NCBI RefSeq assembly: GCF_001194135.2
Contig: NC_068991.1
Location: 12,174,581-12,207,553 of the forward strand
DNA from: Octopus bimaculoides
Taxonomy: Eukaryota
Direction: 5' to 3'
DNA: 32,973 bases
Below are positions 12,121 to 22,716 of the stretch, piece by piece. A program made the position numbers and the translations under genes. Each line of letters starts with the position of its first letter. The stretch's first letter is position 1. The notes below the pieces were generated by a model. It was given only the letters and a program-made list of their open reading frames with translations. It made no database searches and was not told the origin of the DNA.

Positions 12121-12407
12121 GCAGTAACAGCAACAGCAGCAGCATCACTACTACCATTACAAGCAACAATGGCTTCTGAAACGTCATCCTTATCATCGTC
12201 AGCAACAACAACAACCGAAACAACAAAACGCGAAGCAAATATAGAAACAGATTCCAGACAAAATTTTGCCTTCTGTGCAGAATGTTCTTCAAATTTGATT
12301 GCGAAAACAAAACGAAAATACACACGCATATTTACGTACAAACGTACACAGATACACGCAAACTCATGACATATACGTACACACACACACATCTATAAAC
12401 ATATACA

Positions 12408-12483
<76 letters not shown>

Positions 12484-12881
12484 CGAATATAGACATACAC
12501 AGACACACACACACACACACACACATATATATTGTCTTTTGATTGTTTGCCTGTATGTATATATTATATATGAATATATATATACACAGATAAACTTTTG
12601 TGCACATATGGATATATCTCATTGTATGTATGTCTCACTATATATATATGTTTACATATATATATATGTTTGTGAGTGTTTGTGCGTGTCTATATATATA
12701 TATATATATGTACATATATGCACATATATGCACATATAAACCCGCCTAAGTTTCTATGCACACATACAGATATGCCTCTGTGTGTATGTCATATATATAA
12801 TTATATATACATGTATACATATATAAATGTACGTTTGCACGTATGTATGTGTAAATTACATATATGTATATATATATATGT

Positions 12882-12914
<33 letters not shown>

Positions 12915-12946
12915 CGTGTATGTGTGCGTATCTATCTATCTATCTA

Positions 12947-13029
<83 letters not shown>

Positions 13030-13200
13030 CTATATAGATGGATGAATTTGTGTATGAATGTATGGATGAATATATGTATTCATATATGCATGTATATATG
13101 TATGAATGTATGTATACGTGTGTATCTGGGTATGTGCAATTGATGTGTTTGTATATCTGTGATGTATGTAGATAAATATGTATATATGAAGGCGCGTACA
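11230..13200. repeat. About 2-kb compound microsatellite field: (CA)n, (TA)n, (TAT)n 11725-11860, (CAT)(CAG)n 12080-12140, (TA)n/(TATC)n
   Basis: Directly visible. Confidence 0.9.
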
Positions 13201-13489
13201 CACCACAAGATTTGTAAATACATCCTCAAAGATGACGGCATAGAAAAGAGATACATTAGAAAAATATATAAAAAAAACAAGAAGCTAAAACAGTAAATTT
13301 CACTGTTGTTAGACAATAAGATTTACAAATGTTTTATTCTGACGAGCGCTGGCATGGAAAATAATGCGAATATCACAGGATGAAAAGAAAACAAAAAAGT
13401 ATAGAAGAAAAGTTGTTGCGTAGATAAGCACAATATATGAGTAGAGTTCAAGAGTTTGACAAATGTGTACACAGGTATATATACATATA

Positions 13490-14668
13490 TTCATGGATAC
13501 GCATATGCATACACACACATATATATATATATANNNNNNNNNNNNNNNNNNNNNNNNNNNNNNNNNNNNNNNNNNNNNNNNNNNNNNNNNNNNNNNNNNN
13601 NNNNNNNNNNNNNNNNNNNNNNNNNNNNNNNNNNNNNNNNNNNNNNNNNNNNNNNNNNNNNNNNNNNNNNNNNNNNNNNNNNNNNNNNNNNNNNNNNNNN
13701 NNNNNNNNNNNNNNNNNNNNNNNNNNNNNNNNNNNNNNNNNNNNNNNNNNNNNNNNNNNNNNNNNNNNNNNNNNNNNNNNNNNNNNNNNNNNNNNNNNNN
13801 NNNNNNNNNNNNNNNNNNNNNNNNNNNNNNNNNNNNNNNNNNNNNNNNNNNNNNNNNNNNNNNNNNNNNNNNNNNNNNNNNNNNNNNNNNNNNNNNNNNN
13901 NNNNNNNNNNNNNNNNNNNNNNNNNNNNNNNNNNNNNNNNNNNNNNNNNNNNNNNNNNNNNNNNNNNNNNNNNNNNNNNNNNNNNNNNNNNNNNNNNNNN
14001 NNNNNNNNNNNNNNNNNNNNNNNNNNNNNNNNNNNNNNNNTATATATGTAAATATACATATTATGTGTGTGTGTGTGTGTGCGCACGCACTCATATATAT
14101 ATATACATATATCTATTTATACATATATATATATATATATATACTTACATATACGTATGTATGAGTGTGCTATATGTGTATTTGTGTGAGTGTGTGTGCG
14201 TATGTGCGTATGGAATATGCATATACATATAACCTTTTTTATGAATTTTATTATACTATGTCAGTTTTTAGATACGCACTTACACACGCACACACACATA
14301 TATATATATATCCACTTAAATATATCTATACGATATATTTATCTATGCATAATTACATAAATACAAAAGTACTGTATAATCTGTTTCGTATAATGACATA
14401 CGGAAAGTATCTTACAGGCCCTTGTGCTACGAATATTTTTAGTGTAACTGGAGACTAACATATATCCAATTCCCATACAACCACAAGGAAACCATACTGA
14501 AACGAAAGTCTTTCATATTCAATAAGAGACTACGTTGACTAAGGCAAGTCATGCGACCGTTGTCTATTTCTGTCGCAGTATTGTCTCCGTAGGATTTACT
14601 GAACGTCCTCAAGGCGATGACTCGTGTGAATGGAAGTTATATATACAAACACACACATACATACATTC

Positions 14669-14740
<72 letters not shown>

Positions 14741-15066
14741 GCGCTGTGTGGTAAGAAGTCTCGTTCCCAACCACATGGTTACGGGTTCCGTCCCACAGCG
14801 TGGCACCTTGGGCAAGTGTCCTCCACTATAGCCTCGGGCCGACCAAAGCTATGTGAGTGGATTTGGTAAACGGAAGCTCAAAGGAGCCCATCGTGTATAT
14901 ATNNNNNNNNNNNNNNNNNNNNNNNNNNNNNNNNNNNNNNNNNNNNNNNNNNNNNNNNNNNNNNNNNNNNNNNNNNNNNNNNNNNNNNNNNNNNNNNNNN
15001 NNNNNNNNNNNNNNNNNNNNNNNNNNNNNNNNNNNNNNNNNNNNNNNNNNNNNNNNNNNNNNNNNN

Positions 15067-15098
<32 letters not shown>

Positions 15099-15161
15099 CA
15101 TATATATATGTGTATGTATGTATGTATACATACAAACACACACAAAGATAAACAAATAGAC

Positions 15162-15242
<81 letters not shown>

Positions 15243-15248
15243 TGGATG

Positions 15249-15327
<79 letters not shown>
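13490..15327. repeat. (TA)/(TG)/(CA) tracts around gaps 13534-14040 and 14903-15066; long (GATA)n/(GA)n 15160-15327
   Basis: Directly visible; interrupted by unique DNA (about 14380-14640) and a SINE A copy. Confidence 0.85.
14737..14902 (+). mobile_element. SINE family A 5' half, ending at its internal (TA)n and a gap
   Basis: Near-identical to 19905-20070 (ccaaccacatggt..ggcaagtgtc..ctatagcctcgggccgaccaaagc). Confidence 0.9.
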
Positions 15328-16009
15328 GGCTAAGTCGCAAGTTTACAACTTAAGGCTAAGGCAGAAAGATATGCTTCACTAAAGTGACAAAGGGCGCTAA
15401 CCAACGTTGTTATTGCTTGAAATAACAGTCAAACGAACTCAATAGCCACAGAAGCACGATCTTAATGGCTGACAAGGGAGTCAAGCTGCCAACGGCGTTT
15501 AAGTTAGACGCTAACAATCTCCAATTCAAGAATATTACTGGACTTACATATTAACTGTTGGAAAACCTATTTTGAATACCTAACTGAGCGCGCACCGTCA
15601 AACGTTTGCGGTAATACCTTATTATTTACAAATACATACATATGTCGTAACGAAGGTGGCTATACGCATTATAAAACCAAAAAGGAACAATTATTTAATT
15701 GTCGCTGTGACTAAGGGTGCCGTGTACTATATTGCTAAAAATAAGTGTTAAAAACCCTCAGAGCAGCAAGGAAGCACATTTTGTATACTGACAGGGGAGG
15801 TAACTGCCCTACAGCAGAGCTAGATCGTTATACTAGCCTAGTTTCGTTTGGAAATTACAAACTCATCAATAGTGACTACTCCATCGCTGGATGGTTTGGC
15901 TAAATCCTAGTTGTAAGTATATATATTAAACATATGAATTTATAGCTGATTCAGCAAAATGCTAATGTAAGAATTATAACCGAGACGGCTCTATGTAATA
16001 TAAATCAAA

Positions 16010-16130
16010 CGGTTTGAATGGGCGGTCACCTGTACTCTTGACCAAAAGAATTCGTTTTCCGTTGCTCCAGTCCACTCTGCTGTAAATGAATTCCAGCAAT
16101 AGCTACAAAGATAATCCTCCGACTGGCCGG
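16010..16130 (+). mobile_element. Highly diverged SINE central segment
   Basis: gttgctccagtccactctgctgtaaatgaat resembles gctgccccaagtctacccaggcaacaaaaatgaat at about 32009-32044 and gtcagtctaccc at about 25155. Confidence 0.4.
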
Positions 16131-17270
16131 TGTGACGTTTAAGAGGGAATTTTATTATCTCAGTCAATTTTCACCATGGAAACCGAATTAAACTCCGGCC
16201 TTATGAATGTTCGTCTTATTACTGACATAAATAAATGTCTTGAAGAAATAAATGAACGGCTCGTTAGATCATATTTAAATTGATATTCAAATTGATGGGA
16301 TGGCCAAAAGTGGAAGTCATTGCTCAAAGGTCCCCTCAATTAGAGCCAAACTAATCTAGCTAACAAATATTCGTACCTGTCTATCAACGGTGCTTATTTT
16401 CGAACCACTTCTTTTAGTTTAGTTTTATGGTGCACTTAAATGCGTATATAACTTTTCTGGGTATCACGTTTCTTCCCCCCCCCCCCATCACTCTTCTTAT
16501 CCTCAGAAAATACCATTCTAACAGTAAACAAAATTGCAAGCATGACGGGGGTAGAAAAATGAATGTTTCTTGGATTTATGCTGGTAAATAACCGATATTT
16601 GTTACAATAAAATAAAGTTTATTACATTTTTACCGCTGATTCATGGGTCATTTAAAGAGTAACAAGAAAAGCGAAGCAAGAATTTTCGCTGACGCTCTCA
16701 GTGGGAGAACTTGTCCCTGATGGTTTTGCCAAATTTTAGCAATCTGAAGTTGGATGTTTAACAAATACGCTCTCATGTCATCTGCCTAGTCTTGTTTATT
16801 TTTGTTCATTTACATTAAGACTGAGAATTCGTAGTCTAAGAGCCAGGAATTTGAGAACTAATATATATAAAAATGGCTGCCTTTCTCATTCTTTCCTTTC
16901 TTTTACCTTATTTATTTATTTTGGACAAACGCTTTTTTTTTACATTCTTTGTTTCTTTTAATGAAGATCAAAAAGCTGTGAAGAGAGCGTTCTTTACAAT
17001 TCTTTATAATACTGTGATAGATTTCTTTCAAATCAATTTTCCCCCTTGAATGTCGAAAGCTTTCAACGATTTCTTTGACTAGATTTTTAATCCAAGATTT
17101 TCAAAGTATCGAATTCTGAACAGAAAAGGTCGAAATCCTAGCAACTGACTTTTCACAAACTCCAGGATGTCGTTCATATGTAAGATCGGAAACATGCTCT
17201 TATCGCCAACATGGGAAGCCATATTGAACTGAATAAAAGAAAAGGAGCAACGTATTCTCAGATCGGTGAT

Positions 17271-17440
17271 CAGCTACCCACCACATGGTCCAGCGCACTG
17301 CTGTAGTGCTGCGGTTTGTGTGCCTGAGTGACCTGAGAGATATAGCAGCGGCGTACGAGCTCCCGGTAGGCTTTCTATGCTAGAGATATCAATGAACAGA
17401 GACCTGACTAATATGACCCACTTCCTTCCAGATGTAAAAA
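17271..17440 (+). mobile_element. Possible RTE-clade LINE 5'-UTR remnant
   Basis: GC-rich patch; agctcccggtaggctttctatgc..agagacctgactaa resembles, from memory, RTE 5'-UTR motifs of the form AGCTCCTGGTAGGGTCACCCATG..CCAGAC. Not verified. Confidence 0.3.
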
Positions 17441-17647
17441 TGGTTTGCGTAAGGTCGATAAACCTACCTAACAAAAAAGCTAACTCGCAGAAGCATCGAT
17501 GACAATTCAGAACTAACGAGATCTGAGAGGGAAAAATCTTCCCTCGTGGAGACAAATGATGTCGCGCAGAAAAATTCGAAAAGAAGCAGGGATGCAAAAG
17601 TAGCGAAACAGAATAAAGGGAGGAAATAAAAGCGAAACAGAATAAAG

Positions 17648-18100
17648 AAGGCGGCGAACTGGCAGAAACGTTAGCACGCCGGGCAAAATGCTTAGTAGTA
17701 TTTCGTCTGCCATTACATTCTGAGTTCAAATTCCGCTGAGGTCGATTTTGCCTTTCATCCTTTCAGGGTCGATTAAATAAGTACCTGTTACGCACTGGGG
17801 ATCGATGTAATCGACTTAATCCCTTTGTCTGTCCTTGTTTGTCCCCTCTATGTTTAACCCCTTGTGGGCAATAAAGAAATAAGAAACGTTAGCACACCGG
17901 GCGAAATGCTTAGCGGTATTTCGTCTGTCTTTACGTTCTGAGCCCAAATTCCGCCGAGGTCGACTTTGCCTTTCATCCTTTCAGGATCGATTAAATAAGT
18001 ACCAGTTACGCACTGGGGTCGATATAATCGACTTAATTCGTTTATCTGTCCTTGTTTGTCTCCTCTGTGTGTAGCCCCTTGTGGGCAGTAAAGAAATAAG
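17648..18100 (+). mobile_element. Full-length SINE B dimer (218-bp period) with candidate TSD agaataaag
   Basis: aaacgttagca occurs at 17666 and 17884. agaataaag occurs at 17639-17647 and 18099-18107. Confidence 0.92.
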
Positions 18101-18549
18101 AATAAAGGGACGAAAAAACAGGCTTATGGCTGGAGAAAAGTCGTCGATGTTCTTCGCTCCATAGGAAGAGAATCGCTTAATTAATTAAGAAAGAGATGTG
18201 CAACAAACTTCAATCCATTAATTACATGGGCCAGGCATTTGTCTTAAAACGAAGCAACATGTTGTTCATATGTCTCCCATGATCAGAACTGAAGCTAAGA
18301 AATTATAACGCCTCTGCCAGCTGTGATTGTAGAAAGCCAAGAATACAAAACAGTTAAGGATATGTTTGTACTATTACTACCCGAAAGTCAGACACGAATA
18401 AATCCAATTTTAGATAAAAGCTGAAATCAAATCTAAAAGGTTTCATACCAAAGTGTCTGGATATGACATAAATTTCTAAAGCAGACAGATAAACTAAATA
18501 TTATCTTACGTACACACCCATGCGAAAATTAAACGTTTCGTAGACAAAA

Positions 18550-18820
18550 TTGCATGTGCGTGTGTGTGTATGTGTGTGTGTGTGTGTGTGTGTATGTGCG
18601 TGTGTATATATGTGCACGTGTCTGTCTATGTTTTGTTTGCCTATACATATAGACATACTTAAAAACACATACACATGCATTTATTTATGCGTATATTATA
18701 TTTATTTAAACATATATATANNNNNNNNNNNNNNNNNNNNNNNNNNNNNNNNNNNNNNNNNNNNNNNNNNNNNNNNNNNNNNNNNNNNNNNNNNNNNNNN
18801 NNNNNNNNNNNNNNNNNNNN

Positions 18821-18860
<40 letters not shown>
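18550..18860. repeat. (TG)n, gap 18721-18820, (TAA)n
   Basis: Directly visible. Confidence 0.9.
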
Positions 18861-18861
<1 letters not shown>

Positions 18862-19387
18862 TGTTTCTTTGAAATTTTTACTTGGAATAGGAAGCGTAAA
18901 TTCTAGTGGGAGTTGCTAACACTCCCATTTGAAAAAGAAAGAGAATCTCAGGAAAGTGAAAAACCATATAAGTAAACTTATTCTGGTAAATGAAAAAATT
19001 CGATCTTTGCAGACAAAGGGAACAACTGTAAGGTTGTTTCGGTCAAAATGGCACTCATCAGTATAGTTCGGTCTGAACTAGCTTTCCTTCGTCAGCTGAT
19101 GATAGATTTTACGCATTCAAAAAACCACACATACAAGGATTGAAGATAAAAGTTTCAATTTACTTAGACAAGTCAAAGAGGAGACCTCCATAAGGTCCCT
19201 CGATCTGCTAGAAATAGCACGCTAAACCTTTCTAAGTCTCATGTATATCCAGCTAAAACACATACTGAAGAATATAGATGCTGAGAACGTAAAACGAAGG
19301 ATTGCTCGAACTAAAACGCATTTCATATATTAGGTATGCATTATCAAGACTAACCTGATACGAAATAACCAATCAGTAGACAATATT

Positions 19388-19601
19388 CTTTTCTACTCTA
19401 GGCACAAGGCCTGAAATTTTTGGGGAGGTAGCCAGTCGATTAGATCGACCCCAGTACGCAACTGGTACTTAATGTATCGACCCCGAAAGGATGAAAGGCA
19501 AAGTCGACCTCGGCGGAATTTGAACTCAGAACGTAACGGCAGACGAAATACCGCTTAGCATTTCGCCCGTCGTGCTAACGTTTCTGCCAGCTCGCCGCTT
19601 T
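19388..19601 (-). mobile_element. Full-length SINE B monomer (tail type 1) with perfect 15-bp TSD
   Basis: tcagtagacaatatt at 19373-19387 and 19602-19616 flanks a complete head, core and tail. Confidence 0.95.
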
Positions 19602-19900
19602 TCAGTAGACAATATTACTGTCAGTTTACGAAGCAACTGTAAATTTTTCCTCACTTGTCATTTAACTCCAACCAATTGAAATCATACTCAGAGAATGAAC
19701 AAATTTATTGGAAATGATATTTCACCTGCGATGAGAATTTATCGTAATATTTAATAAGCAGATATTGTTATTGTATTAATATACATCTTCCCATAATTTA
19801 TATGTATTATGTAATATTTGTATCAAATTACGTCATTATAATTTATTATAAATTATTTCATTATAATTTATTTCATTGTATTAGATATATGGTAATATAT

Positions 19901-20319
19901 AGGCGCAGGAGTGGCTGTGTGGTAAGTAGCTTGCTTACCAACCACATGGTCCCGGGTTCAGTACCACTGCGCGGCATCTTGCGCAAGTGTCTTCTACTAT
20001 AGCCTCGGGCCGACCAAAGCCTTGTGAGTGGATTTGGTAGACGGAAACTGAAAGAAGCCCGTCGTATATATGTATATACATATATATATATATATGTATA
20101 CGTGTGTGTATGTTTGTATGTGTGTGTTTGTCCCCCCAACATCGCTTGACAACCGATGCTGGTGTGTTTATGTCCCCGTAACCTAGCGGTTCGGCAAAGG
20201 AGATCGATAGAATAAGCACTAGGCTTCTAAAGAATAAGTCCTGGGGTCGATTTGCTCGACTAAAAGGCGGTGCTCCAGCATGGCCACAGTCAAAAGACTG
20301 AAACAAGTAAAAGAGTAAA

Positions 20320-20322
<3 letters not shown>
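19901..20322 (+). mobile_element. Full-length tRNA-derived SINE family A
   Basis: Head ggcgcaggagtggctgtgtggtaag..gggttcagtacc; internal (TA)/(TG) tract; tail ggcggtgctccagcatggccacagtc..gtaaaagagtaaaaga. Homologous to 24562-24965. Confidence 0.92.
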
Positions 20323-20359
<37 letters not shown>

Positions 20360-20362
<3 letters not shown>

Positions 20363-20550
20363 TGAAATTTATAGAAAATCAAAAGACGAAAACAGGTGTA
20401 TGAAAAACAAGCAAGTGTAATAGTTTGAGTCTCGGGAAAATGAAAAAGTCTTTTACCTTTCGAGCTTACGCTCTTCAACAGAAAGAAATAAGAGAAAATA
20501 CACAGAAAGAGAATGAAAAAAGAACAGTAGATTTCAGCGTTCCACCGGTC
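20360..20550 (-). mobile_element. Repeat family P (Penelope-like terminal repeat candidate), copy 1
   Basis: Homologous to 30042-30215 and 30631-30800 (agacga..acaggtg..tagtt..ctcgggaa..gtcttt.ac.tttcgagc.tacgctcttc.acagaaa). Confidence 0.75.
20448..20486 (-). ncRNA. Minimal type-I hammerhead-like motif (family P)
   Basis: Reverse complement: TCTTT-CTGTTGA-A-GAGC-gtaa-GCTC-GAAAG-GTA-AAAGA. Confidence 0.5.
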
Positions 20551-20772
20551 CATATATACATAAATACACACATGTATGTATATGTAACATTCCAGTTACG
20601 TAATAATATTTGATGTGTATGCTTCATGTGTGAATGTGCTTGAATATACTTAAAACTTTACTCAGATATAAAGTTATCACCTATACAATGTATGCATGTG
20701 TACGTAATATATATATATATATATTTACACTTGTGTGTGTGTGTGAGTGTGAGTACGTGCTTATATGAGTGC

Positions 20773-20826
20773 GTGAGTGCGCGTACTTCTGTGAGTGCGC
20801 GTACATCTGTGAGTGCGCGTACTTCA
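20773..20826. repeat. CpG-rich 18-bp minisatellite x3
   Basis: gtgagtgcgcgtacttct / gtgagtgcgcgtacatct / gtgagtgcgcgtacttca. Confidence 0.9.
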
Positions 20827-20871
20827 GCGCGTGCGTTTGCGAGTGCATCTGGCTTTGCGTGTTCGCGTGTA

Positions 20872-21240
20872 TACGTAAGGTGATTACATAAAGAATGTAA
20901 CAGATTCGAATCTCAAAATAAATTGAAATCAAAAGGAATTCTTTTATCAGCCAAGGAAACAATGACCCCACGAAAAAAAAATTAATAATATTTTTGAACA
21001 GATGAGTCACTATTTTAAAAGACAAATTCACAATCCTTAATGGAAACCAGGAATGACATTTTGACACCTTTCAGGTGTTATGGAACCCGTATTTTCTTCG
21101 ACGAAATCCAACAAATTTTGAAGTGTTTTGAGGGAATCTTCTGGCGGTTCTCTGCCAACGCAACACAATTTCAACACGTTCCTCTGCAGCATAAGATATT
21201 TTGCATTCTTCACAATACCTAAAAAGAATCAAAGTGAAAA
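20872..21240 (-). mobile_element. Internally deleted Tc1/mariner-like DNA transposon remnant
   Basis: Minus-strand frames give YAAEERVEIVL (21193-21161), then ..EENTGS joined to ITPERCQNVIPGFH*GL*IC..HLFKNII. These resemble the N- and C-termini of DUF4817-type Tc1/mariner transposases. The left end tacgtaaggtgattacataaagaatg resembles a TA-CAGGGTG-type TIR; no right TIR found. Confidence 0.5.
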
Positions 21241-21309
21241 AAGATAACATAAAAATTAACAGAGAAATATTTTATTATTATTTTGGTTTGCCTCACTTTC
21301 GGTCTTATT

Positions 21310-21345
21310 CCTATTATCATTATTTTTATTATTATTATTATTATT

Positions 21346-21377
<32 letters not shown>

Positions 21378-21922
21378 TATTATTATTATTATTATTAGTA
21401 GTAGTATTATTATTATTATTATTNNNNNNNNNNNNNNNNNNNNNNNNNNNNNNNNNNNNNNNNNNNNNNNNNNNNNNNNNNNNNNNNNNNNNNNNNNNNN
21501 NNNNNNNNNNNNNNNNNNNNNNNNNNNNNNNNNNNNNNNNNNNNNNNNNNNNNNNNNNNNNNNNNNNNNNNNNNNNNNNNNNNNNNNNNNNNNNNNNNNN
21601 NNNNNNNNNNNNNNNNNNNNNNNNNNNNNNNNNNNNNNNNNNNNNNNNNNNNNNNNNNNNNNNNNNNNNNNNNNNNNNNNNNNNNNNNNNNNNNNNNNNN
21701 NNNNNNNNNNNNNNNNNNNNNNNNNNNNNNNNNNNNNNNNNNNNNNNNNNNNNNNNNNNNNNNNNNNNNNNNNNNNNNNNNNNNNNNNNNNNNNNNNNNN
21801 NNNNNNNNNNNNNNNNNNNNNNNNNNNNNNNNNNNNNNNTATGTATGTATATATGCATACATGCATACACACATATAAACTTAGGCACACGATACACACG
21901 TATATATATATATATATATATT

Positions 21923-21975
<53 letters not shown>
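21310..21975. repeat. (ATT)/(ATC)/(AGT)n, gap 21424-21839, (TA)n/(TG)n
   Basis: Directly visible. Confidence 0.9.
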
Positions 21976-21976
<1 letters not shown>

Positions 21977-22607
21977 GATGCATACAATGTCGTATATATA
22001 TAATACAGCGTAATGTATTATGATGACGTAATTTGGTCCGTTTTGAAATAATCGCTGAATGTTATAACATATTGCTTCAAATCTTTCTTTCTATTAAATA
22101 TTTAGATAATATCTCTCCGTATTTGGAACAAATTGCAGATGAAATATAATTTCCAATAAATTCATTCGTTCACTCTACGAATAAGGCTAATGGGAAATAT
22201 AATTAATGTCTTAGCGGATTAAGCATAATTAAAGTTTTACAGCTGCTCAGACGTTTCTTAGTCATATATTGTACCGATTCTTTTAGCCCATGGTCAGATG
22301 TGTGTTCAAATGGATTCCACTCCCTGATCATTTTTTATTTTGTATTTTGCCTTTTGTTGTCTGCTATGAGTTATCTAAACCGTTATGAGTTATCTAAAAT
22401 ACCTTTCGATTATTTCGTCAGTAGGGAGATTTGGTTGCTATTTCTAGCGTTTATAATGACTATATAGATGCTCCCTTACTGATTGTTCAGTGTAACGTAA
22501 TCTTCAATGTTTGGTTTCTGTGAGGTGCTCTCAGAAAGTAAAATCTATGATAAACAGATATAGCAAACTTAAGTAGACTATCGTATGGCAATAAGATCAA
22601 TGTAACG

Positions 22608-22702
22608 AAGGCAGCGAGCTGGCAGAAACGTTAGCACGCCGGGCGAAATGCTTAGCGGTATTTCGTTTGTCCTTACGTTCTGAGTTCAAATTCCGCCGAG
22701 GT
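22608..22702 (+). mobile_element. 3'-truncated SINE B (head only)
   Basis: aaggcagcgagctggcagaaacgttagcacgccgggcgaaatg..gagttcaaattccgccgaggt, then an abrupt break. Confidence 0.9.
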
Positions 22703-22716
22703 TCATGAACGATAAT

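Noticed and set aside
11629-12392. Poly-Ile/Tyr/Asn and poly-Ala/Ser ORFs
   Set aside because: Translations of (TAT)n, (CAT)n and (CAG)n tracts.
13339-13365. CTGACGA..GAAA hammerhead-like spacing
   Set aside because: Helix II does not pair, there is no NUH or helix I partner, and it is single-copy in the window.
14560-14640. Acceptor-like tctgtcgcag / tctccgtag followed by frame DLLNVLKAMTR
   Set aside because: No convincing donor, the frame runs into a microsatellite, and there are no linked exons.
17274-17729. 151-aa minus-strand ORF and similar ORFs (3160, 4747, 5421, 9508, 19935, 31987)
   Set aside because: They begin in or span SINE sequence, and the recurring peptides (KHFARRANVS, YQLRT) come from the repeat.
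19205-19230. GCTAGAAATAGC shared with the reverse complement of about 22435-22448, plus the ggggttaaacaataac end at about 4530
   Set aside because: Probably fragments of another old repeat, but the in-window match is too short to define a feature.
22398-22424. Minus-strand CTGACGA-aataatc-GAAAGGTA
   Set aside because: No helix II or helix I; expected by chance in AT-rich DNA.
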